In this document: piece by piece, positions 34,978-47,859 of the stretch | How the letters are laid out: every line of letters starts with the position of its first letter | Numbering within the stretch: position 1 is the first letter of the stretch | From: Fimicolochytrium jonesii | Taxonomy: Eukaryota | Assembly: GCF_025526975.1 (NCBI RefSeq) | Contig: NW_026515675.1 | Location: forward strand, 434,001-498,000 | Length of the DNA: 64,000 nucleotides | Reading direction: 5' to 3' | The notes under the pieces: model-generated | Told to the model about the DNA's origin: nothing | Seen by the model: the letters and a program-made list of their open reading frames with translations, nothing else | The model's database searches: none | Position numbers and translations under genes: made by a program

Positions 34978-36451
34978 ATGATACGCCATCTGTGGGGCTC
35001 GCTCTGGCGGCCTGGCAGGGCCTCGCTGCAGGCCCAGGCTCAGGCCGTCCTGCAGACGGCCCCAGGCCAGGCTGCTGCTACTCGCTTCTTGTCGCTTTTA
35101 CCTGCCCGCAACATTCAGGTGGGTCAACGAAATATCGTGGTGTCGAAGGCTCCCATACGAGTAGTGTTATTGCTCAACCCTCTCCAACGCCTGGCAGACT
35201 ATTGCTCGCACTATACTCGAAGCTCCTGTCACCTCGCAGAGCGCTTTACGAAAGTTCTTCCCAGGTCTTGCCGGGAAATTCGCTTCACCTATAGTGACCC
35301 CACTCGGTACCAGCAACGTGGTCGTCAAATATGCCCCGCAAAGCAGGATGTACTCTGGCTGGGCTCGCCCATCCACATTCAACGCACCGCCTTTCAGCCG
35401 CATATTCTCGAATTCCGCGAGAATGCCGGGCCGTTTCGCTGGTTTTAACCGGGGCCAGCGCTTTGGCGGAGGAGGTCGTAGGAACTTTACCTCCGGTTTC
35501 GCTCAACAAGCGTACACCGCCGGCACGCAGAGCGCGCCCGGAAACGCTTTCAACCTCCTTGCGGGGTTAAAAGTCCTGCCTGGTGCCATCGCAGATGATG
35601 TGCAGCAGAAGAAATCGCGGGACGATCTTACGCAGCGGATTAGGGCTAGGGCTAGCGCCCGGAAGCAGAGGTGCCAGCGTGTCCAGCGCCCTGCTGGAGT
35701 CTCTGCTCGCGTGAACGCCGTGAAGGAGGCTGCCGTCACTGTTGTCGACGTCGAGGAAGTTGATGTCATCTTCAAAAAGGTCGCCCAGATCACCTCCACC
35801 AAGTTGGCCCTTCCCTCCCTCTCCACTGTCCGCCGCGACGGCAAACCCGGCCAGCTCATCTCCCTCTCCTTCTTTCTCTACGGGCCGCCAGCCTGGGAGA
35901 TGGACACGGTCCACCCTGGCCTCAACCAAACCGTCTCACCCACCCTCATCTCCGAACTCCGCACCCTCGCCAAATTGCACCACGACCATCTCCAGGCCGT
36001 CGCAGCCACCCTTGAGAAACTGAAATCCTATGGAATCGACGGTATGAATGTCGTCGAGGAAGATGCCGGGATGTATGAGCTGAAAGTGCGGTTTCCGGAT
36101 GGGTTCTCGAAGATCAACGTGATCGATTTCTTGCTGGTCTTGGGGATTGATCCTTGCAGCCCGCATTTCCGGTTGGAGACGATCACCTCCGTCGGGGAGA
36201 AGGATGATGACGTGGGAGCCGTGAACGCTTCCGCGGCCTCACCGTCGTCGTTGGGATCCGACTACGATGATCTCGCAATGTCTACCTATTCCTCATCTTT
36301 CCCGTGGCCGAAAGCCCATAGTCCCTCCTCTTCGTATCACGCCGCTGTGAACACCCTTCCGGCATCGGTACCGCAGTCGCCCACGGAGTTCCTGCATTTC
36401 GTCGATGACTTGATGGGGAGTCGAGGCCGATTGTTCCAAATGGATGATTAG
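34978..36451 (+). CDS. Conserved fungal hypothetical protein (resembles the SPG5-like family); possible mitochondrial presequence; 2 exons
   Basis: Exons 34978-35118 and 35198-36451 splice in frame; GGGRRNFTS and L..LKSYG...ELKVRFPDG resemble the family; the family call is tentative. Confidence 0.6.
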
Positions 36452-36762
36452 CGTGTTTTTTCCACAAAGTTTTTGGCAGTGCGTTACACTGCGTGGCCCA
36501 TTGCCGATAACCTCCTCTCTTTTTGTGCGTAGTAATTTCTCTTCCTCTTTTGGTGTGTATAAGCTCATCGGATCCAATATAAGTTACATGGAAATAAAGA
36601 TATATGGCAGTTGATGGAAAGAAAATGTGGGATGAAAGGGGCTCTATACAAGTACACTAGAAACTATCCCAACTACCCGAACGCCGCGTATGTGCTCGTG
36701 CTCTACTCGCAGAATCTATCTACGCCCAACTAGCAACCGAAGCAATTGCTGATCGTCCCTGA

Positions 36763-39700
36763 TCAAACCCTGTAAACCTCAACATCATAAACCTCCCCTT
36801 GCGCATCCTCCACCATCCTCTTCCACCTCCGTCCCTTCTGCGGATCATCCATCGGATCCGCCGCGGCACGACGTGCTCGTGCGCGCTGCTCTTCTTCGGC
36901 GTTCTGCACCGCGGTGAGGAGCGGGGCGCGCAGGCGGGTGTTGAAGGTGGTCAGGAGGGAGGTTTGGGCGGTGATGTGGGCGTGGAGGGTCGTGAGGGAG
37001 GCGACAAGGCTCGGGGTGTGGAGGAGGGTAGGCAGGTGAGCGGTCAGGAGGATGGGCAGGAGGTCGAGGGCCTGTGATTGTGGACGGAGGAAAAGAGAAC
37101 GTTACACTTAGTATTCCTTCCAGTCACGTGCGGAGTGCTGGATCTGAAATAACACATGGACATACCATCTGCCACTCCTCATATGACCCTTCAGCGATAG
37201 GCTCGCTCTGAGCATACCTCTTCTCAGGAGCCCATAGCCACCACAACGGGATCCTTGGTCCCTTGTCAGCCTCCCGATGGACGAACGGGTTGGAAGGTCC
37301 CTCAATAACCATAGAATGCTCATCAGCTTCCTCATCATCCTCTGGCAGCTGCTCCGTCATCAACACCGATGTCAGCCACTCCAGCAACCCAGCCAGTTCG
37401 ACGTCATCGAGGCGCTTGAGGGCGTACACGAGGAAGTTGTCGGTGCGAGGACGGGCAAAGATGGCGCGCAGGAACCGGGCTTGAGCTTGTGTGATTACTG
37501 GCGAGAACTCCACTTCACTGCGGTCAGGAACAACGGCCGGCTCAACTTTGACACTATTCTCAACATCCTCAGCCACCTCCGCCAAATCTTCCTCAACCTC
37601 CCCCTCGTCCTTCTCAAAGTTGCCTGCACGTTCGGGGTTGACGTTGCCCGCAGCTCGTTTCTTCTCTTTAGCCCATTTGCGTCCGTTCTTGAGTTTGACC
37701 CACGTTTCCAGGTACTTCCTCCTCGCAGCGTCCCGGGGTACGGAAAGGACCCATTTGATGGCGTCGACGATCTCGCCCTCGTTCAGGTCGGCGACGTGGC
37801 GAATGGCGAGTTCCATAATGGACAGATCGCCGCGTTCGAGGGCGCAGGCGATGATGCTGGTTTTGGTGTTGGGGTTGGTTGCTGGCTTGTTTGCGGATGG
37901 CACGACCAGGGTGTCGCAGCATCGCGTGGAGGCGCACCCCGTGCGAAGCAGGAATTGGATGGAATGTCTGGGCCAGAACGTCTTAGGTGTCCGGAGACAC
38001 CGAGCAAGAAGAGTATTCACGACCGTTGGTGAGAGCTCAATCTTGGGGAAGAGGTTCAGAAGAGCGCGAGACGGTGGAACTGTCAGGTACGCAGGAACAG
38101 GTTGCTTCTCTGCAGGGGCCGCAGGCTCTTCCAAAGCAGCCTCTGAAACGGACTTCCCTTCCTTTTTCATGGCATTCGCAAGCGCGTGTGCCCTTTCTTC
38201 ACGGGCTCTGGCACCCCTCTTGTGCTTCGCAGGCACGACAACCTCCGGCACAGGCTCCGCTTCCTTCCGAGCCGCCTCAGCTTCCTCCTTCAGCCTGTTA
38301 AGTTCGGTGAGCTTCTTCTGCATCCACGCGCACAAAACGACGTTAAATTCGGGCTCGTTTTTGATTGGGCCTAGCAACTTCTGCAGGTAACCGCGGTCCA
38401 ATTCGTCCAAGGCAAAAAGCTCCTTGCTCCAGGCGCTCACGTCTTCCTCCGCGACCGGGGGCGCGACGACCCCGGAGGCTGCCATTCCCAAGCCGAGCGG
38501 ACGGATGACATTTGCCCCTTCCATAACGGAACCGACGGTCGATATGGTTGGCGTCGATTCGATAGGTTTCCGGAGTCGGCCGAGAACGGAAGCAAGTGTC
38601 AGAGGTGGGCAGTGGAAAGGAACGAGTTCAACGGTGGAGCTGAAAGTCAGTGGGCGGCGGGTCGTGACGGTTGACGCGGAAAGCGTGATGACACTGCCGG
38701 TCAAGGGTGAGATGCTTGAACCAATGTGGAAGGTGCGGATATTGTTGGAGTTGACATCGTGCTCCTTCTCTGGCATTGCGTTCAACTGCTTTTCAATGTG
38801 CAATGCACCATACTCCGTATCCCAGATGGACAGAACGTCCTGTGAGCCTGCTTTCCGTGTCCCCACAACCGCTAGATATTTCTCGTCCAGTGCCGTTATG
38901 GAAATCCGCGCAGGGCCAGCAGCGGCTTCGAGTAATGCTGGGGCGCCCGTGTTGAGACCCAGCACGTTCAGAGTCAATGCAAGAGTCTCTGTGCATGTCC
39001 GCGCTCGCACATTGAGGGAGTACACCTTGCAAGTCAAGTCGGAATACGCGACAATCAGCTTCGTGCCCTGTTTCTGAGATGCAAACGCAGCGGGAGCCGG
39101 CTCTCCAGTGACAGGAGGGATCGGTGCGCTGTACACAAGCTGAATCTTTACTGTAGACTGGAGCGAAGAAATCTTGTGTATCCGAGCGACCAAGGCCCCG
39201 TTTTCTTCCACGACCGACAAAATCCTCTGAGTGGCGCCGTCCTCCTCAGGACCTTCCATCCACATATCATCTGACCAGATGACCCGCGTCCTTTCTTCCT
39301 TTGGTGAGAGGGATGCAAGGGCCTTCAAATCGCGATCTACAACGGTGATGCCTCCATTTTCGTGTATCAATGAAATATGTGCGCCAACCGAGCTTTTCAG
39401 GCAAGTAAAGGCGGATAGGCGAAAGATGGGGACATCGAACTGAATGCGGAAATTCAAGCACGTGTGATCAGTACTCATGTCATCCCTCTGCAATATCCTC
39501 GGAATCGTACCCACCTTCTTTGACGCGTCCGGCTTTCCAGCAACCAGCACTCGATTCTGCTTGTCCGTCTTGACCAGACCACCCGCACCGCCTCCGACTT
39601 TCCACATCCACACTCGTCGCTTCTCTTCCTCCTCCTGTACGTCTGTTCCAGCTTCTATTACAGCATACACGTTCCCTTGAAGCTTTGATGCGTTCTCTAC

Positions 39701-40208
39701 GTCAGCATCTTCCGTGTCTAGCTCCATCGAATCAGTCGCTTGTGATGAATGTGTCGGCGCAGCGGGAAGGAATCGAGCAGGACATGTGAAAAGATGCCCT
39801 GGCGGGACGGACCACGAGTGAAGACATTGCTGTTTTTGTAACTGCGATTTTACAAGGCTAGATGAGACAAAACGCTTCGAACAGAAAGGACGTTCAGCTG
39901 AAGTCACTTACGTCGTACAGATAGACGCCAGAGCCTTGAACGGTCAAAATCTCGGCGATATGGTCACTCGACTCGCCGTAGTCCCCAAACTCTCTCTCGG
40001 ATACCCCAGCTGTTAGAAACCCCGGGGGTACCACAACCCTGGGGGGCCTTTTCGATCCACCTTTCCCTGTGCTGGTCTGTTCCTGCTTCTTCACTGCTGT
40101 CTCAGTCGGCTTTCCGGCTGACTCTAGAACCACCCTCTTTGGGAGTGCCACGGTAAAGGGGTGGGTCGTGAGCTGGTAAACCTCCTGCAAATGGACGGAG
40201 GTGGACAT
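36763..40208 (-). CDS. Probable UTP8/NOL11-like nucleolar SSU-processome protein, multi-exon
   Basis: N-terminal beta-propeller-like strands (ILTVQGSGVYLYDV, LSIWDTEYG), helical C-terminus ending YDVEVYRV; exons 40208-~39908, ~39830-37165, 37071-36763. Confidence 0.6.
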
Positions 40209-40852
40209 TTTCGCATAGGCCGAAAGGGGAGTGTGCTCTTCGGCTCAACAAGACGCAGGAGGCTACTCCGTCACAGGGCAAACGCTACAGACAGCCAATA
40301 AGACTCCGCTCTCCAATATCGGTCTCGTCGCCCTGCAATATCGCACCCAAAGAACCCAGCTCAAAATTCCTTGAATGAGCGGCTGCACACCAACAAGTAT
40401 ATGACTCTTTCTCCGCTCGTGCAGTTTGCTCGTGACGCACGTTTCCGTTGTGGGGTCCGGTGACTACTAGACGCCTCTTCTGCTTCCACCCAACGACGAT
40501 AGGTAGGTTGAAAACATGAGACCCTTGCAGGTCTGCATTGCAGTCCGTGAGAGAGCAAGCCAGTCCAGAGACCGTGTTTGCAACGTGATCACGTGAGAGG
40601 ATAATCTCCCGGTCGATGCACGTGTCGCAGTCTCGTTTTATTGTTTACCTTTTCCGGCATTCCCGACCGATTCCCGGCACCACCACATCAGACCACATCT
40701 GCTTATTTTCCTCGTAAACCAAACCCCAACTCATAAGTGCGGCCAGCGCAGCTCTCGCAGTCAATTCCACTCGTCTGTCTCGTCCCGCCTTGGCCACAGG
40801 AAGGTTGCACACCTCGCCTCACCGTGTACGTCAGTCAGGGCCGATAGACGCC

Positions 40853-41569
40853 ATGAGCACGGTTGAAGAAATATATGAGCTGTTCGGGAGCGATGATAGT
40901 GACGATGAGATGGCACCTGCTGACTCCCGGGGGCGCCCTGCAAAGACGGCTGATCGTGGAAGTGCTTTTGGGGACCGGACGATCAATGGATGTCAGGCAG
41001 CCGGCCAGATAAAGGGACTCTATATCTACCGGGATCTCATACCAGAGGAGCTCCTGGACGCCCTGTTGCAACACATTCAGAAAGAGGGATGGTTCAACCC
41101 GCAAGCTGGACGAAACCAAGCGATGCGGTTTGGCCGCTTCCCGGTCTGGCTGGACCCACTCGTGCAGTTGGCGCACGCTTGTCTGCCCTGCGAATTTGGG
41201 TCTCGAAAACCGGTCTTTGACCAGATGATTGCGAACCACTACGTTCCGGGAGAAGGGCTAATATCGCACGTTGATCTTCTCGATCGATTCGACGACGGCA
41301 TCATAGTCGCTTCCATCCAGGGCACGTGCGTGATGGAGTTCAGGCCCAGGAACGTTTTCCGGGAGAGAGGGGAGAACATACCGCAGAGCGAATCCTTCTT
41401 TCTGCGTGCCGGCGATGTCATATGCTTGTCGGGACCGGCCCGATGGGATTGGGAGCACGGCATCCCTGCACGCATGGAGGATTTAGACGGCTTTGGAGAT
41501 ATCGTGCGGCGTGTAGAACGAGTGTCTATTACATTGCGGAAGCTGCTACCCAACGCCTGCTTCGAATGA
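40853..41569 (+). CDS. AlkB-family 2OG-Fe(II) dioxygenase
   Basis: FDQMIANHYVPGEGLISHVD (HxD), ARWDWEHGI, RVSITLR; intronless. Confidence 0.92.
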   Translation: MSTVEEIYELFGSDDSDDEMAPADSRGRPAKTADRGSAFGDRTINGCQAAGQIKGLYIYRDLIPEELLDALLQHIQKEGWFNPQAGRNQAMRFGRFPVWLDPLVQLAHACLPCEFGSRKPVFDQMIANHYVPGEGLISHVDLLDRFDDGIIVASIQGTCVMEFRPRNVFRERGENIPQSESFFLRAGDVICLSGPARWDWEHGIPARMEDLDGFGDIVRRVERVSITLRKLLPNACFE

Positions 41570-42074
41570 TTTGAAGCACTACTTCGACTACGTGTGTATA
41601 CGAGGGAGCCTATGTATATATTTACAGGGTCGGAATACACCGTAGCGAGGCACAACTGCCTCATGTCCATCCACAGCTCTTTCAGTTGGTGAACGATACT
41701 CAACGGCAGTCAGTGAGGTAGTCCTGCGATGTCCAAATCCCACATCAAATCTGGTCGTAGAGTACGAGAGGCCTTGGAGGTCCGGCGCCGACGGATGACG
41801 CGAGGGCTACAATCCGATTCATCATTCTTTCCCGTAGACTGCGACCCCCCTCCGATGCGATACGACCAGCTGTGAACTCGACGTCCCAAGGCTTGCTGCG
41901 GCATGCGGTCCCGGGTCAAGAGGGATGGCGATATCACGCCCGCAAATCACCAGGCAGGACCCTAAATGTCTCGGTTGTCGCAGGATGGCCGCCAGTCGTC
42001 ATACGGCTTCCGCGGCCCGTTTCATCCCAAGCCCCTTTGCGCAGGGGGAACAAACTAGGGGCCGGTCCTCTGCT

Positions 42075-43491
42075 TCAAGTCTCATCATTGTCCCAGAATT
42101 GGGAACTAGCAACCTCGTAGGCGAAAAGCCCCAACGCGGACGGCGGCATCACTCGTAACAGCTGTGGTGCGATGCCCGCGTAGAACGGCCGTATCCCCTT
42201 CTGCCGCACGACCTGCCACACTTCGCTCCACTGGTAGCGCGTTTGTTGCGCTGCTCCCGTCGCATTGGCGCTATGGAATCCGTCATCAAGCAGCGGGGCA
42301 ATGCTTTCGGTGGCGGCCTTTGTCAATGACGGTGTCGGGGCGCCCTGCGGTTGTCCGGCTCCACGAACAGACTCCATCACCGTGGGTATATTGTCGAGTG
42401 GGTATATGACGGCTTGATATGCAGCACCGGCCGTAGCACCAGCGAAAATGACCGCCGTTGCGTTGGCGATCGTGACAGCCCATGAGCGGCGCTTAGCAGC
42501 CTGCTCTAATGGAGTCAAAGTGGCGACTCTCTCACTTTCATCGTTAAGATTCCACCGATCTGCGACGAAACCTTTCCCAAACCGTCGAATGTTTTCAAAG
42601 AAGAAGAAAAATAGCCCGAATCCAGCGGCATCCTTGAGAGCCAGAAATCCGATCCCCTTGTATAGTCGCCTGCACTTCGCCCAGAATGTTTTATCATCCT
42701 TCAGCGCTGCTTGACATGTTCGATAAGTAAATTTCAACATCCCTTCGTGACGATGCGCTACGATATCTGCGGGTGTGATCCGTGCTTTCACATTATCGAT
42801 GGGTGTTGAAATGATTGATGTGCTCGCACCGGCCATTGCGCCTGCGATAAACGGGTGGGCATGGTCGAAAGCCAATGCGGCGGAGAGAGACGTAGTGGAT
42901 TCCTCTTGGTTTGACAGCGCATACGTCGCCGATGCGTAGACGTTGAAGAGCACTGCTCCCGCACATGCGTTTGCCAAGAGTAGAGGGATGATATTCCTCC
43001 CCAGAACGCCGAACTGTAGCATGAATGCAACAAATCCGATATGAGTGGTGTTTCTTCTACGAGGTCCGTCAAATCAACTGCCGCCATACCCCTTCCTCGG
43101 CGGCAACCACTCTCATGTACGCGACTCCAGCCTTTTGCCCATGCGCTGCAGCCATATGGTTTACGACTGTCCATGGGTTTATGGTATGCGGCCGAAATAG
43201 CTTGATGGGAAAGCGAAACCACCTAGTTCACGACAACCTAACGTCAGACACTGGCCAGGAACTATCAGCTGCGTGGTTTAAGACGAACCATTTCATAAGC
43301 CCTTTTCCCATCGCTGTGGCAGCGAAGGCGCTTTTCGTAGCAACTGATTTGGCGACGCCTGCCATTACGCCTGCTACGGGGAGAGGACCCGTTGCTTCCT
43401 GGTCGTTTTGAGCAACCGCATCTTGCCCTGCTACAGTTTGCGGTTGCTGAAACGTCGTCGCATGAGCTGCCGGTGCTGTCGGTGTGGACAT
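42075..43491 (-). CDS. Atypical fungal mitochondrial carrier-family protein, 3 exons
   Basis: STPIDNVKAR and YPLDNI carrier signatures; FYAGIAPQLLRVMPPSALGLFAYE; N-terminal FRFPIKLFRP. Confidence 0.8.
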
Positions 43492-43865
43492 GCAGTCTTC
43501 GGCGTCGATCTTCGCATGCGTTGGATGGTGAGAGTCGTCGGTCAACGGAATTCGGCGCCGGGTACTGTACAGTACAGTAGTTGTGAGTCACGTGTTAGAA
43601 ACGGGTTTATTCAACTATTCCTTTTTAGAACCATCTACTTTCCGCTTTCCGATCGCACAATAAGACCGGGAAGTCAAGCCATCTAATATACAAACGAGCC
43701 AGGCATCAGTGGCTCGTAACCAGAACAGAACAAAGAACCAAAGGGGCCCTCCAACATTAAAAGGTGATCAAGGAGAGGAGGGTAGGGGCAGAAATATACA
43801 AGGATGAAGCAGCTCTTGAAGTGTCTATCAGATGCATAAATAACTATGAAATGTCCACGTTCGCG

Positions 43866-46073
43866 TCATTGGGGGTTGTTCTCCGCGGCCGGAGCCGCAA
43901 AAGGTAGTTGTTGCTGTGCGTTGACGGCCATTGGGGCGGAAGTTATGATTGGAGGCAGGTGCTCCATCTTTTGTTGCTGCTGAGGTTGCTGCGGGGGCAA
44001 CATGTGCGACATGCTCGAAGATTGGTGGGTAGGTTGTATGTACATCGAGAGCTGTTGCGGGTGGTATTGCTGGGGTAACGATATTGACCGAGGACGGTTA
44101 CCGCGTCCGCTGGACGGGAGCAGATGTCCAAGTCCGAAGAGTTGGGCAGGATGCGATTTCCCTTGCTGACCTTCCATATCGGTGCTGTCTGCGGACAGCG
44201 GAGACGGATGAGAGCCGTGGGACGGATCATATCCTGCCTGCGTTTGCATGTACGGCGATCCCGCCTGCGCTGCGACCGCGTTGGCTTCCGAGTTCATCAT
44301 GCTCTGGTGGAAGAGCTGCAACTGTCGCAGCTGCATCATTTGCCGTAGTTGATGGAACAGAGGGTGTCGAGGGTCCTCTTCCGGTTTCAGCTTGCCTTCC
44401 TTGCGCAAATGCACCAACTTGATTTCGTCCTTCAGGCGCTCCACCAAGACGGCCTTCTTTCCCGACGATTGTAGTCCGCGAGCTCGAAGCATATCTTTGA
44501 GCTCTGACACTGTGATGTCGTCAAAGTCGGCTCGGAGAAGATCCGCGTCCAGCTTCTCGTATTGTTCGTCTTGGCTTAATGGAGGGCCGACGGGCTGCTC
44601 CTTCTTCGGCATTGGCGCTAAAGGAAGCAACGGGATGGCGCTGAGTTTCCCACCGCTCCCGGGAGTGCCGGGCGAGGGTGATGGAGGCGGTGCCATGCTG
44701 CCGGAGGAGGATTGAGCTTTCAAAAGATTGACTTGGGTCTTAAGTGCGTCGTTGACTGGGGTCGAGACTGGAGATCTCGACGAGGGTGCTGTTGGACGGA
44801 ACATGCTCAGCTCTCGGTTACTGAGGCGCGTCGTCAAGCTATGAGGTGATGATTTCTTGTAAGGCGCATGCAGGTCGTGACGCTTGGTCTTCATCGTGAT
44901 TGATCCGGGAGACGTTGCAGACGACGGACTGCTCAATGAGGAGGGTAAAGTGTTGGCACGCGGACGCTTCGTTATCGCATTGGGGGATGGGCCCGATGGG
45001 CCCGCGCCGATTTGAACATGCGGCAATCCAGGAGTCATGGACCCTTGCGGACTATGCATCATCAAGGCGTATGCACTATTGGGCTGATGCATCGACGAGA
45101 AATGGTCGTTGAGTTGTGATTGATATTGGTTGTCGTACGGAGACACCGGGTATGTGGGAGGCAACACCATCGCGGAAACGAGAGGCGACGGCTGTTCGTA
45201 CATGGATCGCTGAGCCATCCCTGATCCCCCCATACTTAGGTACGCCATACCCTGAGGTGAGTTGTGTTGCTGCTGAAGCTGATGCTGTTGTTGCTGCTGC
45301 TGTTGCCTGTAAGTCATTGAGCCCGCACTTTCGGAGTACGAGCGGTTGCGCATGTGCATGGTAGCCGATTGTTGCAGCTGTGCCGTGGGGGACTGCTGTG
45401 ATTGTTGCTGCTGCTGCTGCTGAAACTGATGTTGCTGCTGATGATCATTCACGGATAACTGGGCTGTTGCAACGTTCAGGGACTCGATAGGGAACGGCGA
45501 AGTAAGTCCAGGGGACTGGGAAAGAAGTGGGGAGTCTTGGGCATCGTAGGGATAGTGCGAAATATGTTGCTGCAACGGCGAATGCTGTTGTTGGTGTTCA
45601 CCTAGCAAATGCGGGTTTTGCATGATCAGGTGCGGTGACTGAACCATCATTTCCTGTGGCTCCCGATACGACATGAACTCGTGAGGTACGGAAGACCAAG
45701 AGTGTTCGATGCCACCATTCCCACCGTCTCCGCCATCCATGGGCTCGAATCCCTCCTCGCCATTGTCGAGCCAGTTTGAGATGATGGAACTGGGCACGGG
45801 AAACGCCTCCGGCAGGTTTTGCTGGAAGTGGTCAGAGTTCGGAGTCTGTGGCTGTTGTTGTTGCTGCTGCCGTGGTGGTGTTTGATGGAAGCCGGAGTTG
45901 CCTCCTAACGACGTCGAAAGCGCAGTCTCGAAAGCGCCGGCGTTGCCTCCGTTGACCAGATCGTATAGAGCGTTCATGTTATCTTCGTCCCCACCGCCGA
46001 AAGTGTGCCCAGCTCCGTATTGTTGCCCGTCCATGGCGCGCTGGCTCAGGTGATACGTCTGCCCTTGCGACAT
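43866..46073 (-). CDS. Gln/Ser/Pro-rich SAP-domain protein (putative nuclear regulator)
   Basis: ITVSELKDMLRARGLQSSGKKAVLVERL SAP motif; polyQ tracts; single long exon. Confidence 0.88.
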   Translation of the reverse strand: MSQGQTYHLSQRAMDGQQYGAGHTFGGGDEDNMNALYDLVNGGNAGAFETALSTSLGGNSGFHQTPPRQQQQQQPQTPNSDHFQQNLPEAFPVPSSIISNWLDNGEEGFEPMDGGDGGNGGIEHSWSSVPHEFMSYREPQEMMVQSPHLIMQNPHLLGEHQQQHSPLQQHISHYPYDAQDSPLLSQSPGLTSPFPIESLNVATAQLSVNDHQQQHQFQQQQQQQSQQSPTAQLQQSATMHMRNRSYSESAGSMTYRQQQQQQQHQLQQQHNSPQGMAYLSMGGSGMAQRSMYEQPSPLVSAMVLPPTYPVSPYDNQYQSQLNDHFSSMHQPNSAYALMMHSPQGSMTPGLPHVQIGAGPSGPSPNAITKRPRANTLPSSLSSPSSATSPGSITMKTKRHDLHAPYKKSSPHSLTTRLSNRELSMFRPTAPSSRSPVSTPVNDALKTQVNLLKAQSSSGSMAPPPSPSPGTPGSGGKLSAIPLLPLAPMPKKEQPVGPPLSQDEQYEKLDADLLRADFDDITVSELKDMLRARGLQSSGKKAVLVERLKDEIKLVHLRKEGKLKPEEDPRHPLFHQLRQMMQLRQLQLFHQSMMNSEANAVAAQAGSPYMQTQAGYDPSHGSHPSPLSADSTDMEGQQGKSHPAQLFGLGHLLPSSGRGNRPRSISLPQQYHPQQLSMYIQPTHQSSSMSHMLPPQQPQQQQKMEHLPPIITSAPMAVNAQQQLPFAAPAAENNPQ

Positions 46074-47859
46074 TGCAAAGACACTAACTACGTTGCGCTT
46101 CGGCTTCGCTGCTGGCGGGTGCTGAGATAGCACTCACTTGTTTCAGGCCTCGTCGTTGGCAGTGGAGGGATACTGAGATACGCCCGAGAATATATAGAAA
46201 ACGAAGGAATGCTGTTCCCGGTGAACGGAAAACGAAGTAAATACAAAGGGGCCAGGTTTGAGAGAGGACCCCGGAACCAGCCTCCAACTCAGCAGGCCTT
46301 TGCGTAAGCGTTTTTTTTCCCTACCAAGTGTACGCCTACAAGAAAAGGATGTGCCTGCGTATACGCCGCCAGCCGGTGAACAACTCGGGGAGGGACAAAG
46401 GGGCGCGCCAAGAGAGAGGAAGTGTGCAGAATGGTTACGACTAGCGCCGAAGCTGAAATGGCGGCTCAGAATGGCTGGACTGGGGCTTTGGGAAGGAGGA
46501 GCAGGGTAATAGCGGATACAGGCAGTCAGGCCCAAGTGGACCCCGCATGAAACTGCAGGGAGAAGGAAGGACTTGGGTTCTGAGCGCATAAAGTCAGTCC
46601 ATGTGAGCGAAGTATCTGTTAGATATGATATCACCTGCATCTAAATTCAACCTGCGACACTTGGGTCTGCTAATACTGCGGCCAACGTGGGACATTTCGC
46701 TGCAAATCCATCTCCATCTTTTTGCGGTGGCGGAAGCGGGGCTGCGGCGGATACCGAGAGCGCAACAATTGCAAGAACCGTGGTTATTGTCCCGAAAAAA
46801 CTTGTCTCGAGTCGTACCAGTGGCCGCAATTTTCCTCCATAGCGCCACGCTGAAAGTTACCGCCCAAAACACAGGCAAGGGCGATCCCGACATTCGGGTG
46901 AGGAAAATCGTGATCGTGGAACTTTTTGCACATGACATCTTCTTTTTTACGGCGTGACCGACTTTCTCCAGAATCCACGCCACGCCACCACCGCTGCACG
47001 CCAAACCGGCCGCTATACATAGAATCCCCGGTTCTCACGAGGATAGGTGCAACACTCGCGTCCAGAACTGCAGATCGTGTCGGAGCTGGAATTGGAGCGA
47101 TGGATAAGAAATGCCTGCACGATCACATAGAGATTGTGACTTCGGATCAAAGAGATCAGAGTCCCCTGACTTCTCCAGTTGGCAACAATGGGAAGGCTGA
47201 GTCTGACATATCCCCCTGCTATCCTGCCAGCAATTCGACATTTTGGTTGCTCTTCGCGAGCGACGGGTGAACGCACGCGTTCAAGAGCCAGGAAGCAAAG
47301 TTTGACGGTATTTCGCGGATCCGTATTCATCTGCGGCGGAACCCCAGATGCAGATCTATGATATATATCAATGCCATCCAGCAGGGGGATGGCCCGTCAT
47401 ATTCACCGCATGTCCGGGTCGGAGTCATTTCAATCCTTGGCGAATTGTTAGCCGCCGTTAGGTACGCTTGTTCCCACATAGAAATAGGCTGGATAATGTC
47501 CTACCAGCAGCCATCTTCGAAGTCATCAGTTTTCAAGACGTCGCTTTGACGGAAAAATGTGCATATGGTAAGGGGACATACGTAGCATAATGTTGGGATC
47601 AAAGAGATGAGGGTCTCCTGACCTACCTACGCAAGGTCGTTACATGTGCGTTCTTGAGGTAAAAACAGACCTTTTGATGGATACATTCTCTGCTGCCAGC
47701 GACTTTGTATCGATTTTGGAGCTATGCATGCATAGAAGGACAACCTGGAACGCGGCAAGTTTGACAGCATTTCAACAGCGAGAAGTTGCGAAAACACGAC
47801 ACCGACAAGGGGGGGTAGATTTCAACGGTTTCCAGAAACAATGGAGAGGGAGACGAGGG

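Noticed and set aside
35265..35294. Possible 30-nt intron or frameshift in the SPG5-like gene
   Set aside because: The sequence is already open and in frame from the 35198 acceptor
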